64,000 bases of DNA from Bacteriovoracaceae bacterium (GTDB taxonomy: Bacteria; Bdellovibrionota; UBA1018): NCBI GenBank assembly GCA_947447665.1, contig CANFJX010000002.1, forward strand, positions 209,659-273,658. Reading direction: 5' to 3'. The notes beneath the pieces are model-generated. The model was not told the origin of the DNA. It made no database searches and worked only from the letters and a program-made list of their open reading frames with translations. Position numbers and translations under genes: made by a program. Positions 36,732 to 46,592 of this stretch are shown in pieces; within the stretch, counting starts at the first letter, position 1, and each line of letters begins with the position of its first letter.

Positions 36732-38076
36732 TTTCGCCCGGTAGCGCTTGCGAATCGGTGGGCTCGAGGAGCGGGAGACTTAAATTTTCACTTATCGGAG
36801 TTGAATCCGTAGGATTCGCAGACTCGGTGGATTGAGGTAGGATCCGATTCTCCGCACCGTAGGAGATGGCATGCGCCGCCGAATCCTCGACCGCGGTCCG
36901 TCGTTTATCGTATCGAGTAATCATATCGGGGGAAGCCCATCCGGCAAACTCCTGAATCGCACGATCAGGAACCTGATGGTCACGAGCATTGGAGATGGCC
37001 GTAGCCCGACATGAGTGAGGTGATACGCGATTCGCAATGCCAGCCAGCTTTGCATATTTGGTGACGATATAAAAAATCATGGAGGGGTCAATTGACTTCT
37101 TGGTATTCTCGGTCCGATTATTTCGGATTGGCATAAAAAGGGGTTGATCTAAAGCCATGTCACGGCGAGTGATCAAGAATAAATGCTTCAAGGCGTTCCA
37201 AACGGGAGGAATCATCACTATGACTCGCTCTGCGTTTCCCTTCCCTCTGAGACGCAGCACCCTCTGGTTGCGCTCGGTCCCTAAGTGAATTGTCCTCAGT
37301 CCACATGCCTCGGACCGTCTCAATCCGCAGTAAAACAACACCATAAGAACAGCATAATGAAGGGAGCCGACTCGAGTGTGAAGATCTGGCACAGCCAAGA
37401 TCTTTTTGACTTCTTCATCGCTAAATCCAATTGTTGTAGAAAGTCGCTTGGGGTTAAGAAATCGAACTCCGTCTGCAGGACTTCGGGTCAAGAGTCCGTC
37501 TTCGACAAGCCATTTAAAAAAACTTTTGAGGGTTGCCAAATGTCGATCGACCGTCGTGTGTTGGAGGCCCTCGGTCAGTAGAGATTCTTTATAGGCAATT
37601 AAAATCGTGCGATTCAGCTCGGAGGGGCCCAGCTTAAAATTCCTGAAACTCAAAAACATCATGAATCGTTTGAGATCTTTGCCGTAGGCGCGGCGGGTGT
37701 GCTCGGACCTCTGATCAAGTAAGAACCCTTCCATGCTTTGCTTCAGTTGGTCATTCGGCCGCATCAGCTCCGAACTGGAGAGGGATCGAAACTCAAAGGA
37801 CGTTTGAATCGACGGCTGAATAGAGGGTTGAATCGTAGGTTGAATCGTAGGTTGTATCGACGCTTGAATTTCTGGCGTGAGCGCAGGCAGTTGTGGCGGT
37901 TGAGGAACCTCTTTTTTCCCACACTTGCGAGAAAGCTTGATGGAAAGTTTAGATTGACTGGATTTTCTAGTAATCGACCTCTGAATTTTTCGTACAGGGG
38001 TCCGGCTCCGAGGGCTCTGGGAGCGCTTTGACTTTTTCTTAGTCCATCCCTGAAGGAGAAAGCGCCCTAATTTCAC
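36691..38076 (-). CDS. Tyrosine recombinase (XerC/D-like) with low-complexity extensions
   Basis: SAM-like SEHTRRAYGKDL; complete catalytic set GLRRSE, GKG, HSCR, AGW, TRY. Confidence 0.92.
   Translation of the reverse strand: MKLGRFLLQGWTKKKSKRSQSPRSRTPVRKIQRSITRKSSQSKLSIKLSRKCGKKEVPQPPQLPALTPEIQASIQPTIQPTIQPSIQPSIQTSFEFRSLSSSELMRPNDQLKQSMEGFLLDQRSEHTRRAYGKDLKRFMMFLSFRNFKLGPSELNRTILIAYKESLLTEGLQHTTVDRHLATLKSFFKWLVEDGLLTRSPADGVRFLNPKRLSTTIGFSDEEVKKILAVPDLHTRVGSLHYAVLMVLFYCGLRRSEACGLRTIHLGTERNQRVLRLRGKGNAERVIVMIPPVWNALKHLFLITRRDMALDQPLFMPIRNNRTENTKKSIDPSMIFYIVTKYAKLAGIANRVSPHSCRATAISNARDHQVPDRAIQEFAGWASPDMITRYDKRRTAVEDSAAHAISYGAENRILPQSTESANPTDSTPISENLSLPLLEPTDSQALPGEISLRELPPEHSPD
37801..37870. 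repeat. Degenerate 12-bp tandem repeat (about 6 units) encoding IQ(P/A/T)(T/S)
   Basis: ttgaatcgtagg-like units; the protein reads IQASIQPTIQPTIQPSIQPSIQTS. Confidence 0.8.
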
Positions 38077-38909
38077 CTTCGCTTTTTACCCTTTTTCACG
38101 GGCTTTTTGGAGGCGGCGTCGAAAGCTCGAATAAAATCTCGTGTCCTTTTCAGGTCAAGGTCTGCGCCGGCCACTCCCCCAGTCCTCAGGTCGGAGCCGA
38201 CAATCACACCTTCTACATAGGGTCGAAGTTCCTGGATGCTCTCCCGAGTGACGCCGCTACCCAAGTAGAGGGGGATTTTGAGATGGCGTGCCGTGCGCGA
38301 AGCCACCTCGAGGGCAGCACGATCGACGAGTCGTCCAGTCGTTCGCCCTGTAATAATCACCCCATCAGCCAGGGATCTGGCTCCGACTTCCTCTAGAGCA
38401 ATTCCTAAATCTAAACTGGAAAAAGTCACTGCATGCTTCACATGCACATCAGCCAAAATAGCAACAGATGAGTGGATTCGATCACGTTCTCTTGCTAGAA
38501 ACGCAGCATCCCCTTCAATCCAGCCCTGATCAGTCGCGGCAACTCCGGATAGGACATTTACTCGGATAAAATCGCACCCAGTCACTGCCGCAATGGCTAG
38601 AGCTGATCTTGCGTCATTACGAAGAACGTTAATTCCGATCTGAACTTCTACCGTCTCTCGAACAGCTGCAGCGATGATCGCCATGCTGGCGATCGTTTCT
38701 GGCGGAACTTGAGTCTTATAAAAGGGGGTGTCGCCAAAATTCTCCAAAATAATACCATCATAACCGGCCTTAGCGAAAAGCTGAGCCTCGCGCACTGCTC
38801 TGAGCCCAGCATTTTGTAGTGCTTCAGCAGGTTGCTGTTGAAAGGCGCCCGGCGAACCAGGAAGGGGTGGAAGATGGACCACTCCAATGAGACGGGGTAA
38901 TTTCATCAA
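38073..38909 (-). CDS. BtpA/SgcQ family protein
   Basis: [36 protein letters not shown]. Confidence 0.93.
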   Translation of the reverse strand: MMKLPRLIGVVHLPPLPGSPGAFQQQPAEALQNAGLRAVREAQLFAKAGYDGIILENFGDTPFYKTQVPPETIASMAIIAAAVRETVEVQIGINVLRNDARSALAIAAVTGCDFIRVNVLSGVAATDQGWIEGDAAFLARERDRIHSSVAILADVHVKHAVTFSSLDLGIALEEVGARSLADGVIITGRTTGRLVDRAALEVASRTARHLKIPLYLGSGVTRESIQELRPYVEGVIVGSDLRTGGVAGADLDLKRTRDFIRAFDAASKKPVKKGKKRR

Positions 38910-39496
38910 GCGGAATCATCCTTTTTGCCAACCATCTTGCCCCAAAATTTGCCCAATTTGGAAGGTTCATGATCAGGGGATTGCGCCTGCTCAGGGATCG
39001 GCACAGATAGAAGCTGATCAGCCTGCTCGGGTGAGAGCTTTCCTTCGGCTACTGCTTTTGCAATAACGTCCTTCGCCTGATCTACGCTCATCTCGGGTGT
39101 GGACGGTGGGACGACTTCTGCCTCGATGGCAGGATTCATTTCTCCGAATTGTCCAGCCAGAGACATCATCAAATTTTGAAAATCTGGAGGGAGTCCCTTT
39201 TCAAACTCGGCTGCCTCAGCGGCCACATCTTTTCCGCTCATTGCTTTTTGCATCAGTGATTGGAGGCGTTGGATTTGGCCTTTGGGGAGTCGCTGCAATG
39301 CTTGCGACATTTGCATCATCATCTGGGGGTCAAAATTTCCCAAAGCGCTCGGATCCATCTGACCCGGGAAATTCTCGGCGGGCGCTTTCGGCTGGGAGAG
39401 TTTTGGAGCAGCGTTGGCTCCGCAACATCGTTTGTACTTTTTTCCACTCTTGCAAGGGCAGGGCTCATTTCGTCCAATCATCGGGGTTTCTGTCAT
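38906..39496 (-). CDS. SEC-C metal-binding motif protein
   Basis: N-terminal [19 protein letters not shown] followed by an M/Q-rich helical region. Confidence 0.9.
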   Translation of the reverse strand: MTETPMIGRNEPCPCKSGKKYKRCCGANAAPKLSQPKAPAENFPGQMDPSALGNFDPQMMMQMSQALQRLPKGQIQRLQSLMQKAMSGKDVAAEAAEFEKGLPPDFQNLMMSLAGQFGEMNPAIEAEVVPPSTPEMSVDQAKDVIAKAVAEGKLSPEQADQLLSVPIPEQAQSPDHEPSKLGKFWGKMVGKKDDSA

Positions 39497-39572
39497 GATC
39501 TCTTCCTTCTACCCAAGAGTTTTCATTTTGTCACTCTTGACCGATGGAATTTATCCAACTAACCTCTTCTAA

Positions 39573-40880
39573 GTGTGGAATACATCAAAAGCCAAACTAT
39601 CAGCTGTTCTGATCTACCTTTTCTGTCAGATTTTATTTTTATTTAATCTTCAATATCCCAGAGGTCAGAACTTTGATGAGTTCCATTACGTTCCATCAGC
39701 AAAACAATTCCTAGCCTTACAAGCTAATCAGAATTGGGAGCACCCTCCCCTAGGCAAACTGCTGATGGCCGTAGGCATCGGAATTTTCGGAGATGATCAG
39801 ATCGGATGGCGAGTCATGAGCACGCTATTCGGCTCCCTCTCTTGCGTTGGGGTTTACTTTCTCGCCTTGGTGCTTTTCCAAACTCAAGAAGCTGCACTCT
39901 GGACCGTTGGTCTAACGCTGGCCAATCAATTGCTTTACGTTCAATCGCGAATCGGAATGCTCGACACGTTTATGTATGCCTTTTTAATCTGGGCATTGGT
40001 GGCCTTTTGTGCAACTTGGTTGCCCGCCCAAAAGCGATGGAAAAGTTCAACGCTTTTTCGATGGACTGGCGCGCTCTTAGGCTACACCATCGCTTGTAAA
40101 TGGTTTGGAGTGGTTGCCTGGGGTGCGTGCGTGATCCTTTTTGTGGGAATTCGACTGATTCAGCAAACTCATTTTCAGTCCAAATCCCCTACCGAACAGT
40201 CATGGCAGCCCAAGCACCTGTGGCGTGATATTTCTTGGCTAGAGTTTGGACTCTCATTTGGGCTGATTCCTGCTGTTTGTTACTTCTCCACCTTTATCCC
40301 TTATTTGTTCCTTCAGGATGGTCTGACGCATTCTCCCCTGGATTGGTGGGACATGCAGTTTAGAATGTTTGATGGGCAGTTGAGGGTCATCACCCATCAC
40401 CCCTACATGAGTGATTGGACCGGGTGGCCGCTGATGCTACGTCCGATCTGGTATGCTTTTGAAGCCGAATTAGGAGATCCGAATTACGTACGAGGGGTTT
40501 TACTACTTGGCAATCCCATCATCATGTGGATCGGCCTTTTAGCTCTAATTCCCTGCCTAGTGGATGGGATTCGACGGCAAAGTCGTCAGGGCTTCTTAAT
40601 TGTCTTCTTCTACTCAGCATTTTATTTTTGCTGGAGTTTAATTCCCCGAAAAATTTCATTTTACTATTACTACTATCCCGCCGGCATGATGCTCAGCTTT
40701 GCCCTAGCTTATGTCTTTTTCCAGTGGAAGCCATTCAGAGCCCAAAAACTTCAAATCGGTAAATGGATCTTTTTAGGAACAGCATGCATCCTTTTTCTCT
40801 ATTTCTTTCCTGTTTTGGCGGGCTTTAAAATTCCTGCCAACTCTTTCCGACAGTGGATGTGGTTTCAAAGCTGGATCTAA
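39573..40880 (+). CDS. Dolichyl-phosphate-mannose protein O-mannosyltransferase-like (GT39/PMT)
   Basis: FDEFHY, EHPPLGK, GWR, SRIGMLD, CKW, HPYMS..WP.MLRPIWY, GNP; many TM helices. Confidence 0.9.
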   Translation: MWNTSKAKLSAVLIYLFCQILFLFNLQYPRGQNFDEFHYVPSAKQFLALQANQNWEHPPLGKLLMAVGIGIFGDDQIGWRVMSTLFGSLSCVGVYFLALVLFQTQEAALWTVGLTLANQLLYVQSRIGMLDTFMYAFLIWALVAFCATWLPAQKRWKSSTLFRWTGALLGYTIACKWFGVVAWGACVILFVGIRLIQQTHFQSKSPTEQSWQPKHLWRDISWLEFGLSFGLIPAVCYFSTFIPYLFLQDGLTHSPLDWWDMQFRMFDGQLRVITHHPYMSDWTGWPLMLRPIWYAFEAELGDPNYVRGVLLLGNPIIMWIGLLALIPCLVDGIRRQSRQGFLIVFFYSAFYFCWSLIPRKISFYYYYYPAGMMLSFALAYVFFQWKPFRAQKLQIGKWIFLGTACILFLYFFPVLAGFKIPANSFRQWMWFQSWI

Positions 40881-41854
40881 CTCGTTGTTTGTTCTTGAGG
40901 TCGCTTTGCCAGAAGTGTTTCGTAAGACCGAAAGGCGTAGGTCGTTCTGAGTCCGAGTCGGGCCTGCACCTCCTGCTGGGAGAGCCCCTCAGAAAACCAC
41001 TGAATAATTACCGAGTGTCTAAAAGTCCGCGGAGTCAGCTCGGGATGCCCCAGTTTTGAGCCATAGGCTTTCACCAAGAGCTCTACACCACGAGCAGAGA
41101 TGGGTGCGCCCAGCGATCCAAACTTGTTAAAGCCGAGAAAGATCCAAGGGCTTTGCGTAGCGCCTTCACGCATGCGATGAACTTCCTTGAGCAGATCGGC
41201 AGAAACAGGGATATTTCGTGGGGATTTACCCAAAATCTCAACTTGTCCTATCTGTTCTGTTTTTTGAGTCCACTGCTCGTACCGAAAAGCGATGACCTCG
41301 CTCACCTGACAACCCGTCTCCGCGAGTACCCAAAGGAGAACTCGATTCCTCGCTTCAATCAAGGTCACGGCAGGAAGCTTCTTGATCCGATCCAAAAGCT
41401 CACGAGAAGAGACGGTGAATGGAATCCGCTCAATTTTGTGGGGGGCAGGAAGCTGAGTCGCTAAATTGGTGGGCAGCTTGTTTCTCTTAGACAGGTAAGT
41501 CAAGAACTGGGAAACGGTCAGGATTTTTCGTCTGCGAGTATTGGTCTTCAATCCCTTTTTTTGCAAAAACTGGCGATATCGAGTCAAATCATCAGCAGAA
41601 ATCTCAGAAGGTTGAATGAGCTTCCCAGAGTACTCCTCAATCAGGAATTCATGAAAAGCCGCAAGATCCAGGGAATAGTTCTTGATGGTATGGAGGGACT
41701 TTTGGGTCCCCTCCAAATATCCAACAAAACTCCGAATTGCTTGCGGGAAATTGATTTTCTTCTTCTGTATTTTTGTTGGCATTCGTTGACACTCACTCTT
41801 GGGTTGAATCATACTGAGATTGAGATCCTGGGTCAACCAGGTAGGGGAATTCAA
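40877..41854 (-). CDS. Tyrosine recombinase-like protein with degenerate catalytic residues
   Basis: XerC-like fold (SLHTIKNYSLDL, RNRVLLWVLAETG) but reads GCQVSE, PRTFRHS and LGL in place of GxRxSE, HxxRH and LGH. Confidence 0.85.
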   Translation of the reverse strand: MNSPTWLTQDLNLSMIQPKSECQRMPTKIQKKKINFPQAIRSFVGYLEGTQKSLHTIKNYSLDLAAFHEFLIEEYSGKLIQPSEISADDLTRYRQFLQKKGLKTNTRRRKILTVSQFLTYLSKRNKLPTNLATQLPAPHKIERIPFTVSSRELLDRIKKLPAVTLIEARNRVLLWVLAETGCQVSEVIAFRYEQWTQKTEQIGQVEILGKSPRNIPVSADLLKEVHRMREGATQSPWIFLGFNKFGSLGAPISARGVELLVKAYGSKLGHPELTPRTFRHSVIIQWFSEGLSQQEVQARLGLRTTYAFRSYETLLAKRPQEQTTS

Positions 41855-41879
41855 AAGTTTGAATTAAGGGAGGGGTACT

Positions 41880-43082
41880 GTGAGTTACAAAAAAATTAGT
41901 GTACAAAATCGTTTTTTCACCGCCTATTTCATGGGCCTCCTGCTGTCACAGTGGATTTCGGGCTGTAAGCCTCACGCTCTGAGCTTATCCCAGGGAAATG
42001 TTCGAGAGCCCTCCGCGCAGAATCAAGCTACGATTCGCGTCGGCGAGGTGAGTTCCATGACTGGGTCTGAGGCTACTTTTGGGATTTCGACCCACCGGGG
42101 TATTGAACTCGCATTTGAGGAGATCAACCAATCGGGTGGGGTTTTAGGTAAGAAACTGCAGCTCATGACCCTGGACGATCAAAGTAAGCCCGAGGAAGCT
42201 GCAACCGCAGCTACCAAGTTGATTTCAGAAAATCAGATCGTGGCACTTTTAGGCGAGGTGGCGAGTTCAAGAAGCATCGCTATGGCGCCCATCGCTCAGA
42301 ACTCTAAAACCCCGATGATCTCCCCCTCCTCGACTAATCCAAGAGTCACTGAAATGGGGAACTACATTTTCCGCGTGTGTTTTATCGATCCTTTCCAAGG
42401 CGAGGTGATGGCAAAATTTGCGCTCAATGACTTGAAAGTAAAAAAAGTAGCTGTCTTAAGAGATGTTGATAGCGACTACAGCACCGGCTTGGCAGACTAC
42501 TTCACGACTGCCTTTAAAAAAGGGGGCGGCTCGGTAGTGATCGATGAAAGCTACACCTCATCAGACATGGATTTTAAATCGCAGCTGACCGCTATTCGGG
42601 CTAAGAAGCCTGAGGCGATTTTAGTTCCCGGCTACTACACCTCGGTGGGTCTCATTGCTCGCCAAGCGCGCGAGCTGGGACTTCAAATCCCGCTCCTGGG
42701 AGGGGACGGCTGGGATTCTCCTAAGCTTGTTGAAATTGGTGGAAAAGCCCTGGAAAACTCTTACTTTTCAAGTCATTACTCGACCGAAAATACTTCTCCT
42801 AAAATTCAGACCTTTGTCAGTAAGTTCCGCCAACATTACCAAGCAAATCCGGATGGAATGGCCGCGATGGGTTACGATGCTGCGATGATTCTAGCGGATT
42901 CAATGAAGCGATCGAAAACGCTTTCTAAGCAAGATCTCCGTGAGGCCATAGCTACGACTCAAAACTTCCCTGCAGTTACGGGGAATATTACGCTTAACGA
43001 AAAAAGAAACGCCGTCAAGCCGGCCGTGGTTTTGAAAATCGTAGACGGAGCTTTTCACTATCAAACCACGATTCAACCCTAA
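41880..43082 (+). CDS. Branched-chain amino acid ABC transporter substrate-binding protein (LivJ/K-like)
   Basis: Lipobox ISGC, INQSGGVLGKKL, LGEVASS, YIFRVCFIDPFQG, GGDGWD. Confidence 0.93.
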   Translation: MSYKKISVQNRFFTAYFMGLLLSQWISGCKPHALSLSQGNVREPSAQNQATIRVGEVSSMTGSEATFGISTHRGIELAFEEINQSGGVLGKKLQLMTLDDQSKPEEAATAATKLISENQIVALLGEVASSRSIAMAPIAQNSKTPMISPSSTNPRVTEMGNYIFRVCFIDPFQGEVMAKFALNDLKVKKVAVLRDVDSDYSTGLADYFTTAFKKGGGSVVIDESYTSSDMDFKSQLTAIRAKKPEAILVPGYYTSVGLIARQARELGLQIPLLGGDGWDSPKLVEIGGKALENSYFSSHYSTENTSPKIQTFVSKFRQHYQANPDGMAAMGYDAAMILADSMKRSKTLSKQDLREAIATTQNFPAVTGNITLNEKRNAVKPAVVLKIVDGAFHYQTTIQP

Positions 43083-43108
43083 GTTGTTGAAAAAGAGGCG
43101 GAGAATCG

Positions 43109-44011
43109 ATGATTGAATTGGTCCAGCACCTCATCAATGGGCTTTCCATGGGGAGCATTTACGCGCTCATCGCACTCGGGTACACCCTTGTTTTCGGGAT
43201 ACTCCAGCTCATCAACTTTGCTCACGGCGATATCTACATGGTCGGTGCTTTTGCAGGGTTCTACGCGATCCGATTTTTTGGATTTGCGGAGCATCCCTCT
43301 TGGCTGGCGCTGGGAGTAACCCTTCTTTTTGCTATGCTCGGAAGTGGCTGCCTCGGTTGGTGCATCGAACGACTGGCCTACCGCCCACTTCGACGATCGC
43401 CAAGAATCAACGCTCTCATCACAGCGGTCGGGGTCTCATTGCTACTCGAGTTTTCTGGGCAGCTCATCTTTGGGGCCGACCCCAAGTTTTTTCCTCAAAT
43501 CCTTATATTTGACGGTGGATGGTCTTTTGGGGAATTAAAACTCAATCCACTCCAGATTTTGATTTTTCTTATTTCCATTGCCCTCATGCTCGCGCTCGAT
43601 TGGCTGATCTTTAGAACCCGGATGGGACGAGCTATGAGGGCAACGAGCTTTAATCCAGAGTGTGCGGCACTCATGGGTATTCCTACCGACCAGGTAATTT
43701 CACTGACGTTTGTTCTGGGTTCTGCTTTAGCAGGCGCAGCAGGTGTTCTCGTCGGCCTGGCCTACCCCAAGATTGATCCCTTGATGGGTGTCTTACCCGG
43801 GCTTAAGGCTTTTGTTGCTGCGGTACTGGGTGGAATTGGAAACGTGCGAGGAGCAGTCGCCGGAGCTATGATTTTGGGACTTTCCGAGGAATTTCTCGTC
43901 GGATATGGAGCCCCGACTTTTCGAGATGCACTTGCCTTTGGTTTGCTCATCATCATTCTTTTATTCAAACCGACCGGACTCTTTGGGATCAAGCGAGCTG
44001 AGAAAGTATGA
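43109..44011 (+). CDS. livH: Branched-chain amino acid ABC permease
   Basis: GSIYALIALGYTLVFGILQLINFAHG, GLKAFVAAVLGGIG. Confidence 0.95.
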   Translation: MIELVQHLINGLSMGSIYALIALGYTLVFGILQLINFAHGDIYMVGAFAGFYAIRFFGFAEHPSWLALGVTLLFAMLGSGCLGWCIERLAYRPLRRSPRINALITAVGVSLLLEFSGQLIFGADPKFFPQILIFDGGWSFGELKLNPLQILIFLISIALMLALDWLIFRTRMGRAMRATSFNPECAALMGIPTDQVISLTFVLGSALAGAAGVLVGLAYPKIDPLMGVLPGLKAFVAAVLGGIGNVRGAVAGAMILGLSEEFLVGYGAPTFRDALAFGLLIIILLFKPTGLFGIKRAEKV

Positions 44012-45009
44012 TCGACTCATTGAAACAAGGCAACAAAACCACTTTATTTTGGCTTTTCTCGCTTCTCGCTGTTTGGATGGCCCAGGCGACCTGGATTGAT
44101 CAACTCAATCCTTATTACCTTTCAATTTTGATCTATGCGGGCATTAATATCATCTTGGCCGTTAGCTTAAATCTCGTCAACGGCTTCACGGGGCAGTTCT
44201 CTATGGGACATGCCGGATTTATGTCCGTGGGCGGCTACTTCTCCGCTTTTTTAACCACTACCTACCTCGCTAAAAATCCTGAGCTCATGTCCGAATTTCA
44301 ATCATTTCTAGTTTTTCTAGGCTCCTTGCTCGCGGGTGGAACCATCGCAGCACTCGTTGGCTACGGTGTAGGCCTCCCCTCTCTGCGACTTAAGGGAGAT
44401 TATCTTGCGATTGTCACACTAGGGTTTGGCGAGATTATTCGAGTGGTCGTTCTCAATTTGGACGTAGTCGGAGGAGCGAGGGGATTGCCCAATATTCCAG
44501 GATTTTCTAATTTTGGTTGGGTTTATTCCGGTGTGATGATTTGCATCTTTGTGATTTGGAGAATCATCCACTCATCCTACGGCAGAGGGTTCTTGGCGGT
44601 CAGAGAAGACGAGATCGCTGCTGAAGCTATGGGCATTAATACCACCCAGGTCAAAGTGCGAGCTTTTGTTATCGGTTCTTTTTTTGCCGGTATCGCAGGC
44701 GGGCTTTTCGCTCACACACTTCGCTACCTCAATCCACAGACCTTTGATTTTAATCGGAGCTTTGAGATCATCATTATGGTGGTTTTGGGCGGCATGGGCA
44801 GTATTACGGGTTCCGTAGTTGCGGCCGTCTTTCTAACCACTCTTCGAGAGCTGCTCCGTCCCCTTCAGGAATGGACCCACATTGACTTTAGAATGGTGAT
44901 CTACTCCCTTATGCTCATCTTCACAATGCTCCTGCGGCCCCAGGGATTACTGGGAACTCGTGAGCTATTTCAACGTCGAAAACAGCTCGAGCCGGGAGTC
45001 ACCCCATGA
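44008..45009 (+). CDS. livM: Branched-chain amino acid ABC permease
   Basis: GFTGQFSMGHAGF, LRLKGDYLAIVTLGFGEI, AVREDEIAA. Confidence 0.95.
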   Translation: MIDSLKQGNKTTLFWLFSLLAVWMAQATWIDQLNPYYLSILIYAGINIILAVSLNLVNGFTGQFSMGHAGFMSVGGYFSAFLTTTYLAKNPELMSEFQSFLVFLGSLLAGGTIAALVGYGVGLPSLRLKGDYLAIVTLGFGEIIRVVVLNLDVVGGARGLPNIPGFSNFGWVYSGVMICIFVIWRIIHSSYGRGFLAVREDEIAAEAMGINTTQVKVRAFVIGSFFAGIAGGLFAHTLRYLNPQTFDFNRSFEIIIMVVLGGMGSITGSVVAAVFLTTLRELLRPLQEWTHIDFRMVIYSLMLIFTMLLRPQGLLGTRELFQRRKQLEPGVTP

Positions 45010-45821
45010 CCGCAACTCCTCTATTGGCTCTGAGGACTCAGGGGCTTTCGATACAGTTTGGCGGACTCAAGGCATTGACGGATCTGCATCTGGAAGTTCC
45101 GGTCGGTGGGATTTATGGTGTCATTGGGCCAAATGGAGCTGGAAAAACAACATTTTTTAATCTCCTCACGGGAGTGTATCAGCCGACCTCCGGAACTGTT
45201 GAAGTCTTTGGCGTGAGCATCCTGGGTCGCAAGCCTTTTGAGATTACAAAGTTGGGGATTGCCCGAACTTTTCAAAACATTCGGTTATTTAAGAACCTCA
45301 CGGTTTTAGAAAATATTCTCATTTCTTTAGATTCAAATGAAAAAATGAGTCAGCCGGGCTGGCCAGCCTCTATTTTTCGCTCCAAGAGATTTCACTTTGC
45401 TGAGAAACAGAAACGAGAAAAAGCCCTCGAAATTTTGAGTCACTTTCAGCTCTCTTCCAAGAGTGCAGAGCTTTCGAAGAGCCTTCCGTACGGAGATCAG
45501 CGAAGATTAGAGATTGCACGAGCTATGGGGACGGGAGCGCGTTTGCTCATTTTAGATGAGCCTGCAGCAGGAATGAATCCGGATGAAACCCTCAAACTCA
45601 TGGAAACCCTGAGAATCATCCAGAGGGATCACCAGCTTACCTTGCTCCTCATTGAGCACGATATGCGAATGGTCATGGGTATCTGCGAAAAAATTGTGGT
45701 TTTAGATTATGGCGTTAAAATAGCAGAGGGGTCACCCAATGAAATTCAACGTGACCCCAAAGTCATCGAAGCTTACCTAGGAAAGGCAGCCCCTCTTGAA
45801 TCCAACAGCACCCATTCTTAA
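45006..45821 (+). CDS. livG: Branched-chain amino acid ABC ATPase
   Basis: GPNGAGKTT, ARTFQNIRLF, LPYGDQRRLEIARA, LDEPAAG, VIEAYLG. Confidence 0.95.
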   Translation: MTATPLLALRTQGLSIQFGGLKALTDLHLEVPVGGIYGVIGPNGAGKTTFFNLLTGVYQPTSGTVEVFGVSILGRKPFEITKLGIARTFQNIRLFKNLTVLENILISLDSNEKMSQPGWPASIFRSKRFHFAEKQKREKALEILSHFQLSSKSAELSKSLPYGDQRRLEIARAMGTGARLLILDEPAAGMNPDETLKLMETLRIIQRDHQLTLLLIEHDMRMVMGICEKIVVLDYGVKIAEGSPNEIQRDPKVIEAYLGKAAPLESNSTHS

Positions 45822-46524
45822 GGTCGACGGGATCCGAGTTCATTACGGAGTGATTCCTGCCCTCGCCGAAGTATCATTTGAGATCTTACCAGGTCAGATT
45901 GTAGCCCTCATCGGAGCCAATGGAGCTGGAAAGACCACGATTCTTAGATCAATTTCCAATCTGGTTCCGCTCTCCTCAGGGCAAATTCACTTTCTTGGAG
46001 AGCCCATCTCTGGCCTCCCCACTCACCAGATCGCCCGCCGAGGGATTTCTCATGTGCCCGAAGGGCGCGGCATTTTTCTGAACCTCTCTGTGGAAGAAAA
46101 TTTAGATTTAGGAGCTTGGGCCGCGCCCAATGCACGTTCTTATCGAGAGGATTTGGAAACCGTATACGAACTTTTTCCCCGCCTGGCTGAGCGGAGGAAA
46201 CAGAATGCCGGTACCCTTTCTGGTGGTGAGCAGCAAATGTTAGCCTTGGGGCGCGCCTGGATGTCCCAACCTCGCCTTCTACTTTTAGATGAGCCAAGCT
46301 TGGGGCTCGCCCCCCAAATGATCGAGAGAATTTTTGAACTGATCCAAGAACTGAATCGAAGGGGCGTCACCCTTCTTTTAGTTGAACAAAACGCCCTTCA
46401 AGCGCTCCAAATCGCTCACGAGGCCATTGTGCTGGAGACCGGAAAAATAGTAATGAAGGGAGATGCCCGAGCGTTGTCGAAAACTGACGAGGTCAGACGA
46501 GCTTATTTGGGTGGGTACCTTTAG
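45796..46524 (+). CDS. livF: Branched-chain amino acid ABC ATPase
   Basis: GANGAGKTT, VPEGRGIF, LSGGEQQMLA, LDEPSLGLAP. Confidence 0.95.
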   Translation: MNPTAPILKVDGIRVHYGVIPALAEVSFEILPGQIVALIGANGAGKTTILRSISNLVPLSSGQIHFLGEPISGLPTHQIARRGISHVPEGRGIFLNLSVEENLDLGAWAAPNARSYREDLETVYELFPRLAERRKQNAGTLSGGEQQMLALGRAWMSQPRLLLLDEPSLGLAPQMIERIFELIQELNRRGVTLLLVEQNALQALQIAHEAIVLETGKIVMKGDARALSKTDEVRRAYLGGYL

Positions 46525-46592
46525 GTTTTAGTGTTTTAAAGAAGTTGAAGTGCTTAAGGATATGCGTACTTAAAGAAATGGATGGAATAACC

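Noticed and set aside
36691..41854. Prophage or integrative element suggested by two integrase-like genes
   Set aside because: The intervening and flanking genes are housekeeping-type, with no phage, conjugation or transposase genes.
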